Translations under genes and position numbers: made by a program
DNA from: a virus
Direction: 5' to 3' (one strand)
Virus record (IMG/VR): IMGVR_UViG_3300045988_123080
DNA length: 64,000 bases
In this document: in pieces, positions 55,264 to 64,000 of the stretch
How positions within the stretch are numbered: the first letter of the stretch is position 1
Layout of the letters: the number at the start of each line of letters is the position of its first letter
The notes under the pieces: generated by a model
Databases searched by the model: none
Seen by the model: only the letters and a program-made list of their open reading frames with translations
What the model was told of the DNA's origin: nothing

Positions 55264-55787
55264 ACTACGCTAAAATTGTTCCATGTGATATTGCGAATGG
55301 GCCAGGCGTAAGAGTCACGTTGTTCTGCGCGGGATGTAACCATCATTGCCCCGGCTGTCAGAATCCTACCACATGGGACCCGAATGGTGGTCAGCCATTC
55401 ACAGATGAAATGCTTGATAAAATTGTAGATTTACTTCGACCTGATTATATTCAAGGGCTTACGCTCACTGGTGGAGATCCACTATATCCTGAGAACAGAG
55501 AAGTTGTTGAGAAAATCGTCCGTCGTGTATGGGCTGAATTTCAGGACAAAAAAGACGTTTGGCTCTGGACTGGATATAAGTGGGAAGAATTGTGGAATCA
55601 GGATGGGCTCGTAGCTGACATTCTTGCTAACATCAACGTCCTCGTAGATGGTCCTTTTATTGAAGCAGAAAAAGATATTTCACTTCCATACATGGGAAGC
55701 AAGAACCAACGAGTAATTGATATTAAATGGAGTCTTGGATATAAAGAGCCAACCCTTTGGTGGGCTCCAGAAGAGAAAGGAAAATAA
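55260..55787 (+). CDS. nrdG: anaerobic RNR activating enzyme NrdG (radical SAM)
   Basis: CAGCNHHCPGC cluster near N-terminus; 175 aa; follows nrdD region. Confidence 0.7.
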   Translation: MNYAKIVPCDIANGPGVRVTLFCAGCNHHCPGCQNPTTWDPNGGQPFTDEMLDKIVDLLRPDYIQGLTLTGGDPLYPENREVVEKIVRRVWAEFQDKKDVWLWTGYKWEELWNQDGLVADILANINVLVDGPFIEAEKDISLPYMGSKNQRVIDIKWSLGYKEPTLWWAPEEKGK

Positions 55788-55788
55788 T

Positions 55789-56322
55789 ATGGATTTAGGA
55801 AACGCAACTACTAATCTTGGCTATGGCATGAGTCGAATGCCGTATCGCCCAAACATTAAAATCAATAAACTACACGATGATGCTCATCTTCCGACTTATG
55901 GTTCTAAAAATGCTGCTTGTGCAGACCTGTATGCCTATATCGGTTTTGATGACGCAACGATGGTAAACAAGAATGGTGACCGTTGCATCATGATTCAGCC
56001 GGGCGAAACCGTTAAGGTATCCACTGGGCTGCGGATGGCTCCGCCGGAAGGCTGGTACGTTGCTATCTATGCTCGCAGCGGTATGGCAACCAAGCAGGGT
56101 TTGGCTCCTGCGAATAAAACAGGAATTTGTGATCAGGATTACCGTGGGGAATACATCGTAGCACTACATAATCATTCTAATATCCCTCAAATGATTACTC
56201 ACGGTGACCGCATTGCTCAGATGGCGGTTGTTCCGTTCTGGCAGGCTGATTTTGAAGAAGTTTCCGAATTGGACGAAACTGAGCGTGGCGGCGGTGGGTT
56301 TGGATCTACTGGGGTGAAGTAA
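55789..56322 (+). CDS. dut: dUTP diphosphatase (dUTPase)
   Basis: motifs AACADL, ARSGMA, GICDQDYRGE, DRIAQ, RGGGGFGSTG. Confidence 0.8.
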   Translation: MDLGNATTNLGYGMSRMPYRPNIKINKLHDDAHLPTYGSKNAACADLYAYIGFDDATMVNKNGDRCIMIQPGETVKVSTGLRMAPPEGWYVAIYARSGMATKQGLAPANKTGICDQDYRGEYIVALHNHSNIPQMITHGDRIAQMAVVPFWQADFEEVSELDETERGGGGFGSTGVK

Positions 56323-56328
56323 TGGAGA

Positions 56329-56646
56329 GTGTATATGAAGTATTACATTATTGAATCTCATTACGAGAAAGAAGCTCCATTTGGAATTGCATGGCAAGTA
56401 AAGCTGTTTGACAAGCACACGCTTCTGGAAGAGTACGACCACATCTTCTATAACGAGATTGCTGGCTACTGCAAGTGTCTTGAGGATATAGGATTCGTGG
56501 ATGAGCGATGGACTTTTAAAAGGCCACAGGACGAAGAAAATCATGACTTTGTTAAAATGTGCATAAAGGAAAAGGAGAATGCACTTCAGACGGAGTGGTA
56601 TGAAATGACCGGTAACTGGCCGAATGGCGCAGTGATTCTCGATTAA
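56329..56646 (+). CDS. hypothetical protein
   Basis: probable ATG 56335. Confidence 0.4.
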   Translation: MYMKYYIIESHYEKEAPFGIAWQVKLFDKHTLLEEYDHIFYNEIAGYCKCLEDIGFVDERWTFKRPQDEENHDFVKMCIKEKENALQTEWYEMTGNWPNGAVILD

Positions 56647-56671
56647 AAGGTAAATTTTACGGAGGTTTTTT

Positions 56672-57145
56672 ATGATTGTTATTGGATATCCATGTGTTGG
56701 TAAAAGTACATACGCAGTTGGTCATCCGTATCGTGCAATCGACCTTGAAAGCAGTAATTTTGTAAAGGATGATAATTGGGTCAAATCGTATTGCAATGTC
56801 GCTATTGATTTATCGAGACAGGGACATGTTGTGTTCGTATCTTCACATGATGCAGTTCGTAAACAGCTTTTGAAGAGTAATTACGAATATGTTTTTGTGA
56901 TTTATCCAGCTCTTGATATTAAAGAAGAGTGGCTTGAACGGCTTCACGAAAGATATTTAGAAACTGAACTCGATAAAGATTATCGTGCATGGCAGTGTGC
57001 TCTAAATTATTACGATGAAGATATTGCAAAACTCAAAGAAGACGCAAAGAACTTTAGTGGGTTTTATGAAATTGGTCATGGCCGATATGACCTTACTGTA
57101 ATTCTGGATGAATTTGACTATGGTTCGACTTGGGACCATTCGTAA
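56672..57145 (+). CDS. P-loop kinase (possible dNMP or polynucleotide kinase)
   Basis: Walker A GYPCVGKST at N-terminus; 157 aa. Confidence 0.45.
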   Translation: MIVIGYPCVGKSTYAVGHPYRAIDLESSNFVKDDNWVKSYCNVAIDLSRQGHVVFVSSHDAVRKQLLKSNYEYVFVIYPALDIKEEWLERLHERYLETELDKDYRAWQCALNYYDEDIAKLKEDAKNFSGFYEIGHGRYDLTVILDEFDYGSTWDHS

Positions 57146-57192
57146 TTGTTAATTGAGCTTAACGGGTGGGTGGGAGGAATAAGAGGATGTGA

Positions 57193-57930
57193 ATGGAACT
57201 TTATAATGATGATTGTCTGAAAATTATGCCACAAATCACAGATAAATCTATCGATATGATTCTTTGTGACTTGCCATATGGTGTCACTCACAATAAATGG
57301 GATTCTGTGATTCCTTTCGACAAGCTGTGGGAACAATACAATCGAATCATCAAAGATAACGGTGCGATTTGTCTGTTTGCTGATGGAATGTTCATGGCAG
57401 ATCTTATGGAAAGTAACCGCAAAATGTGGCGATATAATCTCGTGTGGGATAAAGTTCTTTCATCTGGATTTTTGAATGCAAAACGAATGCCACTCCGCAG
57501 TACAGAAGAAATTGTTGTTTTTTATAAGAAGCTTCCTACATATAATCCACAATTCACAGAAGGTAAACCGCTCCACGGAATGGGCACAAAATATAAAGAA
57601 GGAAACCGTAAAAACAACAACTACGGCAACTTTAATTCTACAAATCGGGCATCTGCGGAAAGAGCGGGTGACACGAAAAAGTATCCGAAATCGCTGGTGA
57701 CATTTCAAAGAGCACATAGTTCCGTTATGCTCCATCCAACCGAGAAACCGGTAGCTTTGATGGAGTGGCTTATCAGTACTTACACAAATAAGGGTGAGAC
57801 CATTCTTGATAATTGTATGGGTGTTGGTGGAAGTGGTATTGCCGCTAAAAATCTTGAACGAAATTATATTGGTATAGAACTTGACCAAAAATATTTTGAG
57901 ATTGCCAAAGAAAGAATCGAGGTATCATGA
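57193..57930 (+). CDS. beta-class amino (N6-adenine/N4-cytosine) DNA methyltransferase
   Basis: motif IV LCDLPYG N-terminal and motif I ILDNCMGVGGSG C-terminal (beta order). Confidence 0.7.
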   Translation: MELYNDDCLKIMPQITDKSIDMILCDLPYGVTHNKWDSVIPFDKLWEQYNRIIKDNGAICLFADGMFMADLMESNRKMWRYNLVWDKVLSSGFLNAKRMPLRSTEEIVVFYKKLPTYNPQFTEGKPLHGMGTKYKEGNRKNNNYGNFNSTNRASAERAGDTKKYPKSLVTFQRAHSSVMLHPTEKPVALMEWLISTYTNKGETILDNCMGVGGSGIAAKNLERNYIGIELDQKYFEIAKERIEVS

Positions 57931-58163
57931 AAGCACATATTCGAGAAGAAAAGAAAACAACTCCATTAAAACTTGGTGAGGGAACATTACTTCAAGAGAA
58001 AGACGGCAAACTGTATAAGATTTGTGATACAGTAGAATATGATGATACGCATACCGACGATGAAGTTATCAAGGTTGCTTTATCCGAAGAGAATATGATT
58101 CAAGAAAGAAATCTCCAAGATATTTTTAATATGTCGTTTGTGTTTGCGGCGAATAATATTTGA
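57927..58163 (+). CDS. hypothetical protein
   Basis: 78-aa ORF. Confidence 0.4.
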   Translation: MKAHIREEKKTTPLKLGEGTLLQEKDGKLYKICDTVEYDDTHTDDEVIKVALSEENMIQERNLQDIFNMSFVFAANNI

Positions 58164-58173
58164 GGAATAAAAT

Positions 58174-58527
58174 ATGGTTTACGACATTAAAACAGTCCCA
58201 GAAGATACCCCTCTATGGTGTACTGGATTTAGATTTGACGATACAAAGGCTGGCATCAAATGTGAGCCTGTCTTTGGTACTTTTGAAGAAAGAAGTTGCT
58301 ATTCTAAGTTCCATACCTTGAGTAACAAAACTAGATCAAAGACTTTTAGCGTTGGGGCAAATCCTGATTGTTATCGTTTCGCAGACACTTATGAAGAAGC
58401 GGCAACTGAATATAATGGTATGATTTTCGCTGCCAAATACGAGCTTATGAAAAAACAAGAATATCTAGAGCAGTGCTTGCTGGCTGATAAGAATGGGTCA
58501 GTATATAATCGTGTGAGTATGCAGTAA
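58174..58527 (+). CDS. hypothetical protein
   Basis: 117-aa ORF. Confidence 0.4.
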   Translation: MVYDIKTVPEDTPLWCTGFRFDDTKAGIKCEPVFGTFEERSCYSKFHTLSNKTRSKTFSVGANPDCYRFADTYEEAATEYNGMIFAAKYELMKKQEYLEQCLLADKNGSVYNRVSMQ

Positions 58528-58537
58528 GGAGTATAGT

Positions 58538-58774
58538 ATGGCATATCAAATTATTAAACATAGAATTGTGAAACCTATAGAGTACGCGGTACATTTCGAG
58601 TGCAGTTGTGGCTGTGAGTTTTGGGCAGACCAAAATTCTGTTACGGAATATCGTATGCGTGGAGGACTGGACGTTTCTAAGTTCCTTCATTATGAAACAA
58701 GATGCCCAGAATGTACTAGCATTGCTTATAGCGTAGAGGTAGCTGTTCCAAGGGACGAGGTTTTTGACGATTGA
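58538..58774 (+). CDS. Zn-ribbon protein
   Basis: CSCGC...CPEC motifs. Confidence 0.4.
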   Translation: MAYQIIKHRIVKPIEYAVHFECSCGCEFWADQNSVTEYRMRGGLDVSKFLHYETRCPECTSIAYSVEVAVPRDEVFDD

Positions 58775-58794
58775 AATGTATGTTTTAGAAAGAG

Positions 58795-59202
58795 GTGAGA
58801 ACAATAGAAATTTGGGAGTTGAATCTTCTACATGATGGTGATATAGAACGAATATGTGTGTGCTCTGACGAGCAACCACTATTCGAAATGGCGGTCGATA
58901 GGGCAGTTAGTTTACTTGAAAAAATAAATGAATGGCCGCTTGAACAAGAACATTGCTATACTTCTGTAAATGTAAACGCACATCTTCGTTCTATTTTTGT
59001 GAAAATCAGTACACAAGATAATAGTACAGTTGAACTCTGGGAGTATAAATGGGAATGTATTTATAAAGAACCTCATGAAGACAAAGCTAGTAACACCTTA
59101 CTTCAGGAAGTTGTTTCTTGTGTACGAGACATTCCAAAACTATTTTATGATTGGGCAGAGAATTTCTGTTGGAAAGCGAGAAAAAATGGCTATTTGCAGT
59201 AA
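58795..59202 (+). CDS. hypothetical protein
   Basis: 135-aa ORF, GTG start after AGAGGTG. Confidence 0.4.
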   Translation: MRTIEIWELNLLHDGDIERICVCSDEQPLFEMAVDRAVSLLEKINEWPLEQEHCYTSVNVNAHLRSIFVKISTQDNSTVELWEYKWECIYKEPHEDKASNTLLQEVVSCVRDIPKLFYDWAENFCWKARKNGYLQ

Positions 59203-59247
59203 ATGTTTACATAAAGAAGTATGCGCTTATAGAAAGCATTCAGGAGA

Positions 59248-59550
59248 TTGATTATGAAAGTTGTAGAGCTCATCAACAAACTAAACGAAATCGGATACGA
59301 CGAGAATACTGAACTGACATTTGGATTCGCAGACGGTAATACTGGAGAATGGTACAATGCTCCATTTGATGAGATCACCTATGGTATTGATTTGACCGGA
59401 GAACCATACCATAATGATGTAATCAATATTGATGTTGATGTTGATTCTGTAAAAGAATATCAAAAAGATAAAGCAGAGTGCGCTGTTATTGATATTGTAG
59501 AAGAAATGCAGGATGTTTTGAATAGACACATTCGGAGGGTTAATTTTTAA
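59248..59550 (+). CDS. hypothetical acidic protein
   Basis: 100-aa ORF. Confidence 0.4.
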   Translation: MIMKVVELINKLNEIGYDENTELTFGFADGNTGEWYNAPFDEITYGIDLTGEPYHNDVINIDVDVDSVKEYQKDKAECAVIDIVEEMQDVLNRHIRRVNF

Positions 59551-59873
59551 TGGTCGAAATTAACGGAAAGAAATACGAAATCGTAGGAATCTCTTTTGAC
59601 ACATCAAACAATCCAAACAAGAAGTTCTTCAAACCGGTTTACATAATGCCGGATGGAGATGTCGTAGCTTGCGATGGGACTCACGATTTCAATTATGATC
59701 CTAACAAAGAAATTCAAATTGTTCCAAAGGAATCTATCCCATTTTATGGCAAGCCAACAGAGCCTGCTGTTTATTGTGATGATGATGGCAACTGTGTGGA
59801 TGTTGACGGTAATCCTCTCGGTATGAAATGGGACGACTTTATGGAGAAACAGTTCCGAACAGTAAATAAATAA
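59550..59873 (+). CDS. hypothetical protein
   Basis: 107-aa ORF overlapping stop (taATGg). Confidence 0.4.
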   Translation: MVEINGKKYEIVGISFDTSNNPNKKFFKPVYIMPDGDVVACDGTHDFNYDPNKEIQIVPKESIPFYGKPTEPAVYCDDDGNCVDVDGNPLGMKWDDFMEKQFRTVNK

Positions 59874-59937
59874 CGTATCATCGCTATAAAAATTAGAAAA
59901 TAATACGGTAAAACTAGACTTTTATGAGGTAGATTGA

Positions 59938-60399
59938 ATGGACAATAGATTTTCAATCGAAAAGAATCACTGGGAAATACAAAATCCAGAATGGGAAAGC
60001 TATTCTCATTTCATCTGCACTAAAGACCATTATTGGACTGGTGTACACGGTATCAGCAACTATTTTCTTCAATATAAGAATTTTGGCAGAAGTAAACCAG
60101 TCGAACGATTTTCTGTAGAATGGCCGAACTTCGTAGAGCACATGTGGTTTATCCATTGGCGTGGCCCATGGGATTATATTTTTGCTTCATATAAATTATC
60201 CGAAATCAAACGATTTTTAGAACTTGATATTGATGCTATTAAAAAGAACCATTGGCCGGATGGCCGCTGCACTTGCTACAGTATTTATGACTACGTGACG
60301 AAAAAATGGTACTATTTTAAAATCGAAAATTTGGGAACATTTTATGGATGCACGTGGCCGTTGGGTGATGATACGGGGGAGGTGATTAGTTGTGACTAA
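59938..60399 (+). CDS. hypothetical Trp-rich protein
   Basis: 153-aa ORF. Confidence 0.4.
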   Translation: MDNRFSIEKNHWEIQNPEWESYSHFICTKDHYWTGVHGISNYFLQYKNFGRSKPVERFSVEWPNFVEHMWFIHWRGPWDYIFASYKLSEIKRFLELDIDAIKKNHWPDGRCTCYSIYDYVTKKWYYFKIENLGTFYGCTWPLGDDTGEVISCD

Positions 60400-60883
60400 A
60401 CAAATAGGCTATTATAGATCCGACTGGTACATTATGGGCATCGACGGAAAATATAACAACGCCTGTATCTCACATACAGAATCGCAGCTTCGATATACAG
60501 TTCCAAGGTCGCCAGAATGGACTATCAATGGATTGAGTTTTACTTACCTTAGAGAACATGGATTTGAAGATTATCCTGAACTCTATGGTATTGTATTCTA
60601 TGATATGGAATGGTGGCGAAGAAAACGCTATCCGGGTGACTTTTATGTAGAGATACCAATTTGTGATTTGTGTGCAGATGCATTTCATTTAAAATGGTGT
60701 TGCAAGGAATTTCGTGTACATCAATGGTCTAACTTGCGTAAAGAAACAAAATGGGTGAAAGGCAGAAGCAGTTACACTATTTGTGAACTTGCACATAAGT
60801 TGCCACACGAAGAATTTATAGAATATCTTAAAGACAACGGCATCTATATTGTAAACGAAGGTGGTGTTGAACTTGGATGGTAA
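60392..60883 (+). CDS. hypothetical protein
   Basis: 163-aa ORF. Confidence 0.4.
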   Translation: MTKQIGYYRSDWYIMGIDGKYNNACISHTESQLRYTVPRSPEWTINGLSFTYLREHGFEDYPELYGIVFYDMEWWRRKRYPGDFYVEIPICDLCADAFHLKWCCKEFRVHQWSNLRKETKWVKGRSSYTICELAHKLPHEEFIEYLKDNGIYIVNEGGVELGW

Positions 60884-61076
60884 AGAATTAGGGTTTTATA
60901 AAGACCAAACAGAATATTATAAAAGATCAATCGAAGATCTACTGCACCATTATACTGATAGCTGTGGCATGTGTACGGTTAATTTAGATTGCAGTGAATG
61001 CGTTGTTGATGGTTTTATCAATCAGCTACGAAATATTCTGTATAGTAGTAGTGAGTATAAAGGAGAAAACATATGA
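60861..61076 (+). CDS. hypothetical protein
   Basis: 71-aa ORF. Confidence 0.35.
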   Translation: MVLNLDGKELGFYKDQTEYYKRSIEDLLHHYTDSCGMCTVNLDCSECVVDGFINQLRNILYSSSEYKGENI

Positions 61077-61483
61077 AGCTGCTTTTACAGTCTAATGGAG
61101 GATTTTCTGGATTCTATAGTAGATTTATTTTGATTGATACAGACCTACACAAAATGGTAAAAACGGATGGCCTCATGAAAGATGATCTAACTGGAATAAA
61201 ATATATTTGGGGCTATATCGATAATGAGAAGATTCCAGATATTGATGATTTTGGTAAATCTCTTTGTCAGGATTTCAATTATGATATTTCATTACTTGAA
61301 TGTTTTTTACCGACCGCCAAAGTTGTCACTAATGAGTCCATCATAATGAACGACATCAATTATGATGTTTATCTATCATCTGAAAACGTTCCGTACAGAA
61401 AGTTCAGATTGAATTCTTCATCATATCTTGAAAATGACGCTCTCAGCGCAAAGCTTAGGAAACTATTTCAGACATTCTTATAA
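61073..61483 (+). CDS. hypothetical protein
   Basis: 136-aa ORF. Confidence 0.4.
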   Translation: MKLLLQSNGGFSGFYSRFILIDTDLHKMVKTDGLMKDDLTGIKYIWGYIDNEKIPDIDDFGKSLCQDFNYDISLLECFLPTAKVVTNESIIMNDINYDVYLSSENVPYRKFRLNSSSYLENDALSAKLRKLFQTFL

Positions 61484-61495
61484 AGGAGACTCACA

Positions 61496-62314
61496 ATGAT
61501 TATTGACTGCAAATCTATCGCACAGGATATCAAAAATAAAATCAAGAATGTCATCGCAGAAGATGACTATGCTCCTATTTTACATATTTATCAAGTAGGG
61601 GACAACCCTGCATCCAATGCTTATATTCGCGGCAAGCTGCGTGACTGTGAAGAGGTTGGAATCGGAGTGGAGCTTGTCAAACTGCCAGAAAATATTACCG
61701 AAGATGAATTGAACAACAAGATCTTAGAAGATTATAATTGGGAATATGTGGACGGTATCATTGTTCAGCTTCCGTTGCCAAAACATATCGACCCTAAAAA
61801 TATTTGTATTCCAGATGAACTTGACGTTGATGGCTTTAATTCTACATCTAAATTTCAGCCCTGCACTCCGCTGGGCGTTATGAAGATTTTTGACTCCATC
61901 GGTTACGATCTGGATGGCAAGAATGTACTCGTATGCGGTCAATCTGATATTGTTGGTCGTCCGCTGGTTGATATGCTGATTAAACGGCACTGTAATGTGA
62001 TCTCTGTGAATAGCACGGGTTCCCGCATGAAGGCCACTACTCTTGGATTTGAAATGGTCGATGTGGTCATCTCTGCTGTGGGCAAGCGCAACTTTATCAC
62101 ACCGTTTGGTCTTGATCGGGTTGAAGTCTGCATCGATGTTGGCATCAACTATGACGAGAACGGAAAGCAACACGGCGACTGTGCCGATGATATTTATGAG
62201 ATGGAAGATATCAAAGTAACCCCTCGTATCGGCGGAGTTGGCCTTATGACACGTGCTATGCTACTTTACAATGTATGTGTGGCAAGGTATGGAGAAGAGA
62301 AGATGGAGAGGTGA
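61496..62314 (+). CDS. folD: bifunctional methylene-THF dehydrogenase/methenyl-THF cyclohydrolase FolD
   Basis: HIYQVGDNPASNAYIRGK, GIIVQLPLP, DVDGF, PCTPLG, SDIVGRP motifs. Confidence 0.75.
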   Translation: MIIDCKSIAQDIKNKIKNVIAEDDYAPILHIYQVGDNPASNAYIRGKLRDCEEVGIGVELVKLPENITEDELNNKILEDYNWEYVDGIIVQLPLPKHIDPKNICIPDELDVDGFNSTSKFQPCTPLGVMKIFDSIGYDLDGKNVLVCGQSDIVGRPLVDMLIKRHCNVISVNSTGSRMKATTLGFEMVDVVISAVGKRNFITPFGLDRVEVCIDVGINYDENGKQHGDCADDIYEMEDIKVTPRIGGVGLMTRAMLLYNVCVARYGEEKMER

Positions 62315-62318
62315 TTGA

Positions 62319-62513
62319 ATGAAGGAAGTCCCAATTTGGGAAAAGACGACCCTGACGTTAGATGAAGCGGCTGCTTACACGGGGATTGGGGTCTGCCGAC
62401 TAAGAGCGATTACTGATGATGAAAACTGTCCATTGGTACTTTGGGTGGGGAATAAACGTCTTATCAAACGTAAAGCTCTCGAAAAATATATAGATCAAAC
62501 GTATTCTGTTTGA
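62319..62513 (+). CDS. xis: excisionase / AlpA-type HTH DNA-binding protein
   Basis: TLTLDEAAAYTGIGVCRLRAI HTH; 64 aa; directly upstream of integrase. Confidence 0.55.
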   Translation: MKEVPIWEKTTLTLDEAAAYTGIGVCRLRAITDDENCPLVLWVGNKRLIKRKALEKYIDQTYSV

Positions 62514-62586
62514 AATATAGGCTCTGATGTGGTATACTCATGGTGTCACACCAGAGCTTCTTATATAACGTAAGGAGTTCTGCATC

Positions 62587-63753
62587 ATGATAAGACGTAA
62601 AGATAATAATGGCAAAGTTTTAAAAGACGGCGAGAGCCAGAGAAAGGATGGGAGATACCAATATAGATGGACAAACAAACTTGGAAAACGCTCAATAATA
62701 TACGCCACTTCACTTAAAGAATTGAGAGAAAAAGAAGCTGAAATCCAAGAAAAACTTAATTTGGGTATAACGTCTACTTCAAAAATCACAGTGTACCAAT
62801 TAGCAAAAAGACATCTCGAAGAAACAAAACTTACTATTAGGCCAAGCAGCTATAAAACAAAATCGCAGAATTTGAAAATCTTTCAGAATCACCTAATTGG
62901 GGAAATGAATGCAACTGATATTTTAGTGCGCGATGTAAAACAATTTGCACGAGAATTGGATAACGAAGGATATTGTTATACAACAATCAGAGATGTCATG
63001 TCTTTAGCTAGACCGGCATTTCAAGAAATGTTTGATGAGAATATAATTCCTAGAAATCCATTCGTTTTTAAATTAAATACAGTTGTCAAATGTGACTCAA
63101 AAGAAAAAGAAATATTAACAGAAGAGCAGTATCAAAATCTGATCAAGTTCATGAAATCTAGTCGAGTATATAAAAGGCATGTTGGCATGGTGATGCTTTT
63201 GCACGAGACCGGACTTCGAGCAGGAGAATTATGCGGGCTAACAAAAAAGTCATTTGATTTTGATAACAACACTGTTACTATATCTCATCAGATGGTGTAC
63301 GATGGAAAGAGCGGCGGGCTGTATTTAGCACCTACAAAAACAGAAAGTGGGATAAGGACTATCCCATTATCTAAAGACGCCATCATTGCTTTTGAAGAAG
63401 CGATAAAACAACGTCCGATTGTAAAAGCAGAGAGAATAATAGATGGGCAAGCCGACTTCTTGTTCATAGCAAAAACTGGAAGGCCCTATACGAATAAAAA
63501 CCTTGTTAGAATTTTTGAAGGACTAATCAAAGCCTATAATAGTTGCCATGATGAACCATTGCCTGAAGTCACTGCCCATAGTATGCGCCACGAATATTGT
63601 ACACGGCTTGTCAAAGCCAAGATGGATGTTAAATCGGTTCAATACCTCATGGGACATTCGTCGCCCGATATAACCTTGAAAGTGTATACTCATATCTTAA
63701 AAGAAGAGACCGAAGCAGAGGCAATCAAACAGTTTAATAGGATTGTTTCCTAA
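62587..63753 (+). CDS. int: phage tyrosine integrase
   Basis: C-terminal HSMRHEYCTRL (HxxR) and HSSPDITLKVYTHI (catalytic Tyr); preceded by imperfect inverted repeat around TGGTATACT. Confidence 0.85.
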   Translation: MIRRKDNNGKVLKDGESQRKDGRYQYRWTNKLGKRSIIYATSLKELREKEAEIQEKLNLGITSTSKITVYQLAKRHLEETKLTIRPSSYKTKSQNLKIFQNHLIGEMNATDILVRDVKQFARELDNEGYCYTTIRDVMSLARPAFQEMFDENIIPRNPFVFKLNTVVKCDSKEKEILTEEQYQNLIKFMKSSRVYKRHVGMVMLLHETGLRAGELCGLTKKSFDFDNNTVTISHQMVYDGKSGGLYLAPTKTESGIRTIPLSKDAIIAFEEAIKQRPIVKAERIIDGQADFLFIAKTGRPYTNKNLVRIFEGLIKAYNSCHDEPLPEVTAHSMRHEYCTRLVKAKMDVKSVQYLMGHSSPDITLKVYTHILKEETEAEAIKQFNRIVS

Positions 63754-63756
63754 TTA

Positions 63757-63900
63757 TTTGACACCAATTTTGACACCAAATCTTCAAAAGATATATAGAC
63801 TTACGGAGATTTGCATAGAGTCCATTTTGGAATGGCAAAAACGACTTCGAAATAATGTCGCAATATCGATAAATATAGACTTATAGAGATTTGCATAGAC
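63757..63900. repeat. attP-like repeat region: tandem TTGACACCAA x2 and two 28-bp imperfect direct repeats
   Basis: ttgacaccaa at 63758 and 63770; atatagacttacggagatttgcatagag (63793-63820) vs atatagacttatagagatttgcatagac (63873-63900). Confidence 0.5.
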
Positions 63901-63977
63901 CATCTTGAAAAAAAGTAGGAAGTAAGGTATAATATACCTAATTTTGAAACTCACACAGATAAGCAGGAGGTCTTACC

Positions 63978-64000
63978 ATGGCTTCAAAGAGTACCAAAGG
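63978..64000 (+). CDS. 5' end of next gene (truncated by window)
   Basis: GCAGGAGG SD then ATGGCTTCAAAG; TATAAT-like box ~50 bp upstream. Confidence 0.35.

Overview
This window looks like about 64 kb of the early, DNA-metabolism half of a large temperate phage or prophage from a low-GC Gram-positive (Bacillota-like) host. Every gene I can support is on the + strand, tightly packed with overlapping stops and starts. No structural or lysis genes are present.

Main content:
- Many small early ORFs, several of them Cys-rich Zn-ribbon proteins, and a Bro-N antirepressor.
- A cassette-like array of five small genes sharing an upstream AGATTTAGGAGG motif. It contains two tandem Lar-like restriction-alleviation paralogs and ends in a DUF262 (ParB/GmrSD-like) protein.
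- An orphan MazF/PemK-like toxin gene driven by a consensus sigma70 promoter.
- A Pnkp-type kinase-phosphatase-ligase RNA-repair enzyme, followed by about nine tRNA or tRNA-like genes, three of them tRNA-Leu.
- A circularly permuted and frameshifted C5 cytosine methyltransferase, a frameshifted phage Dam-like methyltransferase, and an intact beta-class amino-methyltransferase.
- A full replisome: DnaE-type PolIII alpha, DnaB-like helicase, DnaG-like primase, RecJ-like exonuclease, RecD-like helicase, ATP-dependent DNA ligase, Sak4-like ATPase and an SSB-like protein.
- Nucleotide metabolism: NrdD/NrdG, ThyX, FolD, dUTPase and a P-loop kinase.
- Two SPFH/flotillin proteins flanking nrdD.
- A tnpA-less IS200/IS605-family TnpB element with a candidate omega-RNA, inserted between the helicase and ligase genes.
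- An excisionase and tyrosine integrase with attP-like repeats at the right end.

An 18-bp motif (CTAWRTAAYACAGGATAC) recurs six times, in both orientations, at operon starts. Several reading frames are broken at homopolymer runs, which may be sequencing indels. Hand-derived coordinates (RNA genes, promoters, refined starts) may be off by 1-2 nt.
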